64,000 nucleotides of DNA from positions 58,032,001 through 58,096,000 of the forward strand of contig OZ320316.1 in NCBI GenBank assembly GCA_976226885.1, read 5' to 3'. A model generated the notes under the pieces. It was not told the origin of the DNA. It made no database searches and worked only from the letters and a program-made list of their open reading frames with translations. Source of the DNA: Iphione sp. A-MEVVRFRX5 (Eukaryota). Below, one piece after another: positions 37,980 through 49,258 of the stretch (position 1 is the stretch's first letter; every line of letters starts with the position of its first letter). The position numbers and the translations under genes are program-made.

Positions 37980-39659
37980 CTGTTGAAAACCAGTGCAATT
38001 CATTAAAGAAAAGCTGCGTTGTACACCTTGGTTTCGTGCCCATCGAACTAAAATGGACTTTTAGCATTTAGCATTTAAACCCATAGATGCCACATACAGT
38101 TCTATGCAGCACCAAATTTATAAAATTATATGTATTTCCTAATGTAGATGTCCTGTCAAATCAATTGGTCATTTTACACTCGGCTTTGGCTCTTCTTCTC
38201 GTGAGTAGCATTTTTATGTCTAAACTGCCTGATATATTGAATTTGCTTCGCCCTTTCTTAGTTGGCTATCCAAAGAGCGCATATCTTAATAAATTAACCA
38301 CTTTGAGTTAAAACATACCAATCACTCTCGATTAAAAAAAACAACGCTCCCTGCCATGCAAGGACATAAAATAAATATAGCCTGTGCTAGTGTTCCAGTT
38401 TTAGCTAGTGGTGTTAATATACAGGGAAATAGTCTCAGTACAGGTCCACCGAGTTTTCGACGGCATAGCATACCGAATCATTTACACGCAACAATCCCTT
38501 TGAGATGATCGCTTTAATATTAATATTACATGTAGTGTACGAGGGCGCTGTCTGGCCAGTTGAAATGTGCCAGGTCCCTTGTGCTACGATGAGTCGATTA
38601 ACACAGCACCAACCTTGCAAGAACTGACGACTTGCTTTTTTGCAACTATGTTTATATTATGTGTCGTGCTAAGTAATAAAATAGATATCAAACAAGTTTT
38701 CAACTGATTTTAAATTTCGGCACATGATCTAAATACTTGAATTTTCTTTATTTTCGAATATATATGTACGACTCATGTGTTACGCACATGGCAGACCGAC
38801 TGCATCTATTTATTTGAAATTTCTACATTTTCAACGAAAAAGTAAATCCGCGTTTCATTGGTTAAACAGTCATAATATATGCATTAAATTAAAGATGTGT
38901 CCCACTCGGCAAAGAAAATACCCCTCGAAAAGCGCTCGAAGGTTCTCATCAACAACAAACTATGAAACAGAAATTACACGAATAAATTGTGAAGATGTCT
39001 GAGCTTAATAACAACTAAACCATCCCTTATGACGCTCCTTAGATCCTAGCCGTGCGGTTATTGTATTTTTATTATAAGACTGAAATAGAGTTGGATCTAC
39101 ATCAAAAGGAATACGAAAAGCACATTACGCAACTTCAAAAGTTCTAACATTTCCTCTGTGCATTAAGATATTAATTACTCTAATGTTCATTATGAAAGAA
39201 CATTGACCCATTGCCCTTAGAAACAAAAATAATTTAGACATCTAATTGTCAATCTAAACTGCATTGCATCAATAATTCATTTTCTCCACGTAAATATTTA
39301 ACAAGAAGCTTTCTCTGCTCAAGATTCCCCACTTCAGTGAAATGCAACCCGGGTCTTAGTAAGAACGAACAGATACGTGTATAAATGGAACCTACAAGGC
39401 TGATTTAAGACTGTATCAGGTGGAGAATTTGGTTTAGTTTGAGCATATGCCTTACTGCAGAGCACTTTAGGCAGCTGTCGGCAGCTACATGAGTTCCTAT
39501 AAACGTTTGAATGGTATGCTAGAATGGGAGAAGACGTTCTGATATGCACTTTTAATATTATAATGTTAGGGTAGATTTACTTACAGCATCGAAATTATAG
39601 AAAACTAATGTTGAGTTCACCGATTTGAAAGTGAAGACAGTAAAAGAAAAGCTACCTAC

Positions 39660-39768
39660 CAGCCTTTATTTTGCATTTGGCCCTGTTCTGCGACCGTTGA
39701 CCAACCACTGCCGCTGTCACTGTTAAACATAGCACGGATAGCCAGGGTAGTCGCGCCATGTCCAACAT
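39660..39768 (-). CDS. iGluR coding exon 1 (signal peptide)
   Basis: Encodes MLDMARLPWLSVLCLTVTAAVVG/QRSQNRAKCKIKA(G), a hydrophobic core with a likely VVG/Q cleavage site. Donor G|GTAGGT, phase 1. An alternative ATG at 39759 has GACATGG context. Confidence 0.8.
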
Positions 39769-40442
39769 TAGAGAGCTAAGTCCTCTTCTTTTCACTTCGA
39801 TATCCTCGCCTTTCAGCTGTCCGCGGATCCTGTGCTCCGTCCTGTCCCTCCTCGGTCTTATCTCCTCCTCGTCACAGTCTCCCTCGACCTCCTGGGCCCA
39901 CCCTGAGAAGGCTGTTGGATGATGACCTTCGGGGAGCCTGATCACCTGTGGCCGTCGTGCGGCGCGCAGTGGCCCGCAAGTGCTCGGCTAGTCGTCATGG
40001 TAACAAATAGATCATTACCTGCAGCCTCTCGGAGAATGAACTAGCGACGAGGTCTCCTCTCACCGACCCTTCTCCAGAGTGCCGCGGTCGGCGTAGGAGA
40101 GGGCAGGAGGGCGTGGATCACCTGGAGGATCCTCCTGGGTCCGCCTCGGACAATGGACCCTTCCACTCTGACAGGCACCTCTCTCGTAGCGGCAATGCGC
40201 GTGCGTGCGGCCTTCGCGACCAAGATCGCTGCGTCGGGTCTGATTATCGCCCGCTGTAGAATGTCGACCACTTCAAAGTGTCACGCATTGATTGGCGAGA
40301 TGTGCGCCCTCCATGGGCCTATCACATCAAGGCTTGTTGCGTGCAAGCCTACGATCACGTTGACCAGCTCCGGCTCTCTTTTCTCGGCTCCCCACAAGTT
40401 TTTTTCTTTCTCCCGACGGACAATTTCGGTGCGGCCGTCTAC
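39769..40442 (-). promoter_or_regulatory. GC-rich 5' leader region of the iGluR with splice signals and short uORFs
   Basis: Strong acceptor ttttcctatcccttacag| at 40443, donors CAG|GTAATG (40018) and CAG|GTGATC (about 40120), and a weak acceptor ccacag| at 39946. Upstream ATGs give short uORFs. Confidence 0.45.
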
Positions 40443-41405
40443 CTGTAAGGGATAGGAAAATTACAGGCCGAGGTTCATGCAGAAAGAAACTTTATTCTAA
40501 GGTGCTAAATATTGGCGCCATAGGCCCGGTCTACTTGATTACGTCACCCTGCAAGGCAAATGAATAAGATACCGTAGATTAGGATTATTAGAGTTCCTTA
40601 TTTCACTACTACTACGCGATTTTTTAGGGGGGGGGAGGCAGAAAGTACGCAAATTCGGTTGCCTACATCAATACACGTACATATATAGTGATCGTGGCAA
40701 ACCAACTTCTAAATTATATCAGTCGTTATCCATCTGTATATATATACATCTGAGAATCTAGGCTGGTGAGCTCTGGCTTCTGGACACAAGTGTAGAAGCC
40801 GTTATGTATATGTAGGGCGACCCCATACCATTAGCATTGCGTATATTCACATCAGCAGGACTTACGATGCAAGGAAAAGCAGGCCTCTAGGGAAAGACTT
40901 TTTCGCTGAAAGTACGGATGTGGCATTTGGAGCTGCTATCGGGAGTAGAGGAACACCTCAGCTTTATTACTTGAACCATCGCACGAGATGTTCAATATAC
41001 ATATAAGAAACTGTATGCCACAGTAAAGCAAATAAAGTACGTATGATGAAGTATGCGACATGAAACCGCTTTTATCTATGAGAGTGAATCGATAGAACTG
41101 AAATGCTAAATCGTGAGGAATTTATATTATATTTGGTAATTAAATGTTCTGAAGTTTATTAACAATAGTTCTTATGTACTCCCATGCATTTTTGTGTTCA
41201 GGGTTCAGAACATTTGACAACTTTAGCGTGTACATGTATAATGAAAAGTGCAAACTTGAATCTGTTCTTTGATGAGGGTTATCCTCGATGTGATTTGCTT
41301 GTCACAGTCAACAATGGTGAGGGGAAATTAATAGTCACATCCCTGTTTTATATCCTTGCTCTGCCGTATCCAGCTACATACACTCCCTTTAAACTTCCAC
41401 GAGGG

Positions 41406-41543
41406 AGGTCAGGTGTGTGACAGTCGAGGGGATATAACTCCGTCATTCTGACCTCGCTGGAACTCACCTGTCAGAGAGAAAATCCTCGCGGAGCAGGTCA
41501 GGTGTGTGACAGACGCGTGGATACACCTCTGTCACTCTGACCT
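41406..41543. repeat. Two 49-nt imperfect hairpin units at 89-bp spacing
   Basis: Both units start AGGTCAGGTGTGTGACAG and end CTGACCT (41406-41454 and 41495-41543). Confidence 0.8.
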
Positions 41544-43430
41544 TGTAGGGCCGCCTCTTGTCAGGGGGGGGGAAGTCTCTATCCCTTTGTATTGGTGGGA
41601 AGAAGGGTCGCCTTTACTTACAGACATGTCGGACAGCATTCCCTAACTTCCGAAAGCGGACTTTATACTGGAGTCACTTTTTTCAACTGAAATTGTTTCA
41701 AGATTACACACATGCTAGAAGGGTAGCTAAAATTTGAATGTTTGATAAATCAAGATATCGAAAACGGGAAAACACTTTCATTACAGAGGAGCGGGAGATA
41801 AGGTCTGTAAGAAAGAGCAACAAGCAATGTGCATATGTATGCAAAAGAAATTCATTGCGGGCTATGCCCATGTAGACTATTATGTCCATGTAGACATATA
41901 ATGAAGGGCAACGCTGAACGATCATATGATCAGTCTAAAGTTAGAAAGGCAAGTTGATGTTTACCTTTTAACAGCGGTTCATACCCCGAAGTAAATCTAA
42001 AAAGCAGCACGGACGTCGAGAACACAAGGACACTTTCTAACCGCTCCTACTCAAGAAATTTCTCCTGGGTTGGTAGGAGGCAAAGCAATACCAACTGAGT
42101 TAGTAGACCGTAGAACGTTCAGCTTAGACCGCAACTAGACCACTAGACTCAATACAAAAGGCAGCTTGCTGCAACTCTAGTTAGCAGTCCAAGATCAATC
42201 ATAATGATAGGCACTGATTACCGCGTCACCGAAGGCGACTCAATTTCACAGCCTAAGTACCAACTCTGATCCAATGGCGAGATAACTACAGCTAATGGAA
42301 CGGCCCTTTTCCGCTATACGCAAGAGCTATTAAGTGTTTTCACTGGCCGTTCTGCACAGCGGGAGGTGTATTACTGTTTGATCAAGGGATCAATCTGTGT
42401 TTTATGCTATTTACACTAAGTAGCCGCGGGTGAACAAAGGATGTCCAAATAAAGTAGACCCAGGCCCACTCTTGAACTATTGAGAAAATGATATTAACAA
42501 TTATATGGGCTCCTATGTGGGACTATAGTTCTCCAGAGCATGCTCCCTGTGCTGGCTGTTAATTCGCAGGTAAGAACTATACTGAAGCGATGGAGGATGA
42601 GACTGGAATAAAGTCCCAAACGTAGCTGCTGCAGTCACTGCAAATATGAGACTCCGAGCAAAGGACAGGAATCATTCCCCTTAAGGTGACTTCCTCCCCA
42701 AAGCGTGCAAACATGTCTTGGCGTGACGAGTCTCGTCAAACGAGTACGGCTCAGTCGGGCACTAATCAGGGATGATTTTCAAGCCCAAAGTCTCCCTAAT
42801 GAATGCATTTATTTATAGCCCCGAGAGCATCTCTTCGTTTGCCCCAAGAGACCCCTGCAAGAGTCCACTGCGCCCACTGCTTCAAGCAGGCGGCCAGATG
42901 GGCCCGTGGACGCCCGAGATAGGCACAGTGAAGCGAAGGTGTCTATCAGAAACTGAAAGTGAAATCCAATCACTCTGGGCTGGCCGGTTAACTCAGATAG
43001 CCGTCGAACGTTACACCTAGTTCTGTCCGTGACATATTGGCATCTGCACAGATATGGAAAATGGGAATGGTAAGAATGAAATCAGTAGGTGCAACCCAGG
43101 AGATAATTCCATCCTATAGATATTTCTTGCTAGCTGCATGCACCTGCATGTAACATGTAATATGCATGTGGAGAGATACAGATTAATGATGCTATTCATA
43201 CATATTTACTGAATAAGGGCCAGTTTCCATACCTGCATTGAGGTCTGTGTATTTTGGGTCCATTTTGGTCCCGTTTTGTGTCCATTGGGGTCCGTTTTTT
43301 TAGAGTCAGTGACATGTATTGAAAGGTGTCAATCGAGAGCATGTCCGTTTGATGTTCATTGTCCATTAATGGTCTCTGACAGACAGTAGTATACCACAAG
43401 AACTCTTTAGACCAGGTAAATTACTGCACA

Positions 43431-43600
43431 ATTCCTCCTCTAACTAGTAAAATTCCCCAGTTTTCGCCGCTATTCCTGTCGAATTCGTCCTTCAGTAGAA
43501 TCCGCAAGTTTTAGCAGCTATTTCCATCAAAAAGTTCCTTTAAGTAACGAAATTCCTCCTTTAACTGGTCAAATTCACCAGTTTTTGCTGTAATTCCAAA
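43431..43600. repeat. Degenerate tandem repeat, about 120-bp period
   Basis: aattcctcct.taact.gt.aaattc.ccagtttt.gc.g..attcc at 43431 and 43551. Confidence 0.6.
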
Positions 43601-45959
43601 TTTATCCTTTAGTGAAATTCATCCCTTCTGGTACATCTATCATAGAGCTATTATAGATGAAACAGAATATTCACATTTTTTTCCTGCAGCCTCAACACAA
43701 CCTCAAAAGACACATCCCCATCCATGAGGTTGCATGAGAGCAAAATGCATGTAAAATGCATGATAACGCACGCAGATACAAATGGATACCTCATGAATAC
43801 CAACGCAGGTATGGAAACTGGCTCTTATGTCATATAATGATTCATTCGGTAATGGTCTAGAGTAGAGAAGAACTATGTCAGCAGTAGGTCTTCATTATGC
43901 ACAAAGTACATGCATATCATTCCAGCGAGGAACAAAAACGCAATTTGTAGAACGGGACAATGTGATTGAAGTAATCCTACCCACAAAAGATAAGGAACTC
44001 ATATTTGCGTGATAGTGTCGCGCCCTCATGGGTAATCGTGTCCCTCCATTACATCGCACGCCTTCGGTTCCTTCTTCAATTCTAAGCAATTACCATCTCA
44101 GGCTCCATTAGGAGTAGACTAACACATATTTTATAAATGTATATAAGCAAAGAGAGAGAGGGCTGGCCAGGGTCTGTATATAGATGTGTGTACATACATG
44201 TATACACGGATCAAATTACGGAAGAACACAGTAGAAGGATTCCAAAGGGGCAATTTGATCGCATTGTTCACAAGGTAGGGGAACTGCAGGGAAATGTTCT
44301 GGCACCCGATGGCAAATTGTTTCTCCCTCCCATGACAAGCAATCAGTAGGCCGGGCTCATCATCTCGTCCAGAAATTACTGCCTCTGGAGTCACGGACAA
44401 AACGACACTGCGGCAGAGTGGAAATGCAGCGCGGCGGGCCAACAGAACGTTAACGTCGGTTTATTACTTGTACCAGAGAAGGCATGTAGCTAACCCTCAG
44501 TGCAAGTTGGATTTATTCCAAGCAGGATCCTTGCGACAGAACAAAGCAAATACACAGAAACGATTTTATTCATAATTTGGAACGGGATGGAGGGCAATTA
44601 TTGAATAAATCAAATTATTGAATTAACAAAATGGCCTCACGTATTTTTTTTGCAAATTTTTTAAGGGCCTTTTACAGCAGAATGCATTTTGCGACATGGT
44701 GACTATTTCGATAGTGCTTTCAATGTATGACAGTTGTATGATGGTCCATATTTTATTAGTATGACCGCCTTTTCATTGACTGACAATACCATGCATTTAC
44801 ATTACGGTGTGAAATTTATCGTCTTGATAATAATACAGCCCAGACATGTGGCTTTCTCATAACAAGTAAGGTATACCGTTTCAAAAGTAATTTCTTTCAG
44901 ACAGATTTTTGATTTGATATTGGATAAGATATTGCCTCCCTAGATGAAACAATGCCCTTCAATCTTACTGGTATGTTGTGAGACTGGCGATCTACTTGTT
45001 ACTGATGCATTGCGAGGGTTAAGGTTCAATTGCAATACATTTACAGATAGGTTCGTTTACGATAACTAGCCTTAATATGAATCCAATCTCTTGATGTCCC
45101 ACTGGTAAAAACCTAATATTCTAGATGTAAAGGGTCAGAAGTTTAAGAGTGACGCGTTTTATTCGTGTAAGAGCTAACATGTCCCATTTACCGAAAGACA
45201 GATTCGTTATAAATCTCTCAAGACATATAAGCTGTATCTCCACCACTTCAACTTGCCCAACCTATCAGCCTGAAACATCCAAGGCAGTAACTAAAGCAGC
45301 ACATTTGATCAGTTAATCGCGGACTCAATTTTAGTGGATAATAATCGATTGGCGATCAAACATTATCTATGGATTATGAACGACACCATGAGCATGACAC
45401 TGGCTGATCAAACAGTGATAGACACAAGAATTTACGTCTCCGATGCTTTATGGGTATCTCTAGGGGCAGCCAGTATACAAATGAGGATTAGCATTATTGT
45501 GCCAACTGTCATGTAGCCCCGATTTGTGTTAAGCTGCATTCATATTTTTATGAAGTATTTCCATTCGTAGGCAACCTGCCACATCGTCCTTTACATAATC
45601 AGAAAACTCCTTTCTAAGCAATTCTGGATTCTCCACACGGTGCAATAATCACTGTTCACAGCGATTTTCAGGGGCACATTCACTGTGAGCAATTCTTTTG
45701 ATATTTTCAAACGCTTGGATACATTAAGGGATGTTATCAATTCTTTCTGATGAATATTCTAAGATGTCTTTGGACATCTGAAACCGCGATGGATCGCACT
45801 GATATGTTTCTTTGAATGCACTCATATCGAATTCCGTCTTCCTTTGCGGGTCTGATGTGCCCTTCTCCGTTGCTGTCTTCTTTCGCCGCGCGTAGTGCCA
45901 CAGCAGTGAGGGCTAGTTGACCTTTGCAGGTGACACACCTTTCAGATAAAAATGTGTAT

Positions 45960-46200
45960 AAAGATGTGGGCGCGTCACACGGTCACAAGGCACGTCTGCT
46001 TCTCCGACAAATGCCTCAATGGATCACGTGAGCGGCTGTCCGCCAATGGGCGACGTCCGCTTAGATTGCCCAATGTAGACAACAACTAGAACGTGACGTG
46101 CTGCTCGGCCCCGCAGCATCGGCTTTGACCACGTGACAGAGCAGCGTCTGTCGGCCCGTTCAAACATTAATGGTGGCCCTTTCTCGGCGCTAACCAAACA
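45960..46200. promoter_or_regulatory. CpG-rich promoter- or enhancer-like motif cluster
   Basis: CACGTG at 46025 and 46130, CCAAT at 46043 and 46070, and TGACGTG at 46094, all within about 110 bp. Confidence 0.4.
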
Positions 46201-49082
46201 AGCCCAACACTTCCACCTCGGTCTTGACACAAGCCATTAGGCTCGGGCCCCATCGGAGCAGCTCCCATCAAGGATGAGCAAATACAGTCCGCTGCAGATG
46301 AAAAATGGCCAGGTCTATGAGGCATTATATAACTAACGAACAGAGCTTCCGACTTACTACTGTTTTAAGATCTGTACTGCGGCAGAATGCAAGAGTGAAA
46401 AATTCACAAACGCTCTGTTCGGTTGCTTCTATGACAGACTGAGCAGAATCACTCCGCCAAAATCGCTTCGCCTGAAGCAATGAAGGATGGGGAGATGTAT
46501 AATACAATTACGCTCAACTTCTTAAACGCATTACTGTCAATCTAAATATAATGAATGTAACTTTCTGACCTTTAAAGTATCATTGTTGAAGACTTTGGAC
46601 GAGGCAAACCGCATTTGTTTAAAGAGTATGAACGCATTACAAATCTAAAGGACGTTAAACGACTTCATATTGTTCAAATGTCGCTGTTTATTTTTTCCAC
46701 TTTGCTACGTCTCCAGCACCAAACAGGACAGTGTCAGGGAACCCATGGCCGTGTATCCAGGTCGTTAGCAAGAAGTCATGTTTAACTATAGCATTTGTAG
46801 AACGTGGCACTGACAAATGTCCGCCGCTATATTGTTGACCGCGACCGAACGACGATGATAAGACGCTGGCTCAGCAAACAACTCGAACTACGTAGATATA
46901 TATTTATATGAAGTTTGATAGAAAACTGCACAAATCATTATTTGCGTTGACATAATATTTAACGTCAAGCAGAAATACAATCTACTTAATCGGTATACAT
47001 ATACATTGCACTGTTATTTGGATTTTAATCCACTCCTTATCGACAATATGTAGGCAATACGTTAAATCTGCAAGATTGTCACTAGGATATAGCTTTGCCA
47101 AATCAATGCACATATGTTGTTTTGAATAATACAGGTAAAAAAATCCTTCTTGCATACATGTTCTACATTGAAATGTAATTAAATTGAAAATACGACATTT
47201 AAAACTGAATGTCAAAAGCCAAAGACCAACTGAGCCATGAATATATTTACCGTGTTGCTTTGTATCCGATAGAATAAAACATGTTAAGCGTCCGTTTTCT
47301 GCAGATATACAGCCTCCCTCATTTCTAGTAAACCATAAAGCCTAGTATACATATTGTTAACGAACTCTCAATGAAAGTACATGTATCCGATTTAAGGGGC
47401 GGGGGGTGAGTGAAAGGATGTAAAGCTGTTCTGTGAAGAAATTCGAGGCGCTTAACGGTGAAGTCATGAAAAGAAGATAATATAAATCCAGCTTCTTCTG
47501 ACATCTTTTGAATAAAAGATGGAAAGTTTTGAGAGTTGCCCTGTGTTGTACTATTGAACATTAATGAAGTAAGAGCCTTTCAAAAGTTGCGCTTGCTGTT
47601 TTCTTTCCCTCGATTGCTTTCAATTAGGGACGACAAACATTGCCAAACAATGACGGTACAGTCAGACAAATATCAATCAGCGCCTATGTCTTATATGCAT
47701 GCGCCAATTATTAGGAGGCAATCAAAGCAGATAACACTGTATTATTGCATGAGAGACCTACATCGCTATAGGCCTTGTTGCTACATCCAGCACTGCTGTC
47801 GGTACTGGTGGTGACAGTGGGAAATGTCACCGCCAGCATGCGGTCCCGTTTATGATTTTCCCTTGATCTGCAACGACTGGCCGCAGAGAAGATATTCTTC
47901 CATATTCCCGGGCATTCCTATCCAAGGGGATGTTGATGCCTCGCTTAGAGAACCGCCAGGCATGGGGACGCATAAAGGAAACAAGCAATGTACTGCGGCC
48001 TGAGTAGAACTGCATGCATGCCATTCGACAGCCGCTGACAACAGGTGGTTGAAGCAGTTCGCCTAATTCGCGAGCCATGCCGCGAGGACTTAATTGGGCG
48101 GAAAACACCCAGTCGGACCCATTCACAGGACTAATAAAAAAAGGGCAGTAGAATTGTCTTGCTCAAGGCGGCGTCTTCAAGGGCTGGGCTCCAAGCTGCA
48201 GTTGTTCCTGCTGCTTACAACTATATTTACTTCGTATAGTCGGTCTTCTCACATCGTTTAGCGAGAACGTGACGAAATCCTGTCAACTATCACCGCAAGG
48301 CACAAAGCATGGGCTCACCGAAGGCCTGTGAGTGTGTGATCAGACAGCCATTAGTATTGTAGGTTTGCTTGAGCTGCGGGCAATAACATCTGCATTGGCC
48401 CAGCATTATCCATCAGCTGTACCCATAGCTGGGACTGCCGCTGAAGAAATGCATTGTTACTGCCTGTGGCAAGGACTGTTCTTTGCTTCCCTTTCCATTT
48501 GTGCTACGACGTGCCTATCCAGGGATCTAACATGGAGCAAGATATTTACCAAGCAGCCATTGCCATTCATGCAGTCCTTGTCCATGGCGCCCATCTTAAG
48601 TGCCTTGTATTTTCAGTCATAATATTGTTTGACGACGCAAGCTGAAAAAGACGGCTTTAAACGTTGTCAATGTTATTTGCGGTACATGTATTACAAATAA
48701 TACTTTCTTAGCAAATTTTCAAATGAGTAGACCGGGGGCGTGACGGAAATTCATTTTCTCTCATTTAAAACGGATGATAAATGGACAAGAGCAAAACATT
48801 GAATTTTATTTTACTCGTCTTCTTTGAAATGTTCAAGTGTTGACGAAAACATTTTAAGATCTTCCCTACAAACTGAACGTGCAGGTGTAAAAGGGCTTTT
48901 CCTTCAAAGCGGATAAATCAGGGTTACCTATGCTATCCAAGTTGTGCAGACGTGTAAATGGACGAGTGTACAAAAGTGGTTGCCCAGTCTAAGTACAAGT
49001 TGACGTCAATAATTCCTAAATGGCATGTAAAGCTCATATTAAATGCGCAATGCACGTACTTATCCTTTCTGAAATCCAGATA

Positions 49083-49258
49083 CAGTTGAACCTCGCTGAT
49101 AAGACCACTCTCTGTTCTGAGCTCAACTGGTGCCCATATAGAGTGGTCTGATTAGGGGGGGGGTATGTAGGTACATTTATGTCATTCTGCTCATTAAAAC
49201 TGATCTGATTAGAGAGGTGGTCTGATTAGAGAAGTGGTCGCAGTCCGAGAGGACACTG
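49083..49258. mobile_element. Tc1/mariner-pogo-like MITE fragment
   Basis: Starts TA|CAGTTGAACCTC, has a repeated GTGGTCTGATTAG motif, and ends in a degenerate ...CACTG. Confidence 0.5.

Larger units (their letters stand above)
7542..39768 (-). other. Full gene span: divergent ionotropic glutamate receptor-family subunit (non-NMDA, AMPA/kainate/delta-like), 14 coding exons
   Basis: Manual splicing gives one open frame with GT-AG introns and matching phases 1,1,1,0,0,2,2,0,0,0,0,2,0. Coding length is 2715 nt (904 aa + stop). Domain order is signal peptide-ATD-S1-M1-M2-M3-S2-M4-tail. No orthologue is assignable without a phylogeny. Confidence 0.93.

Noticed and set aside
40153-40455. ATG-initiated 100-aa plus-strand ORF
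   Set aside because: It lies antisense to the GC-rich 5' leader, shows no recognisable domain, and is expected by chance at this GC level.
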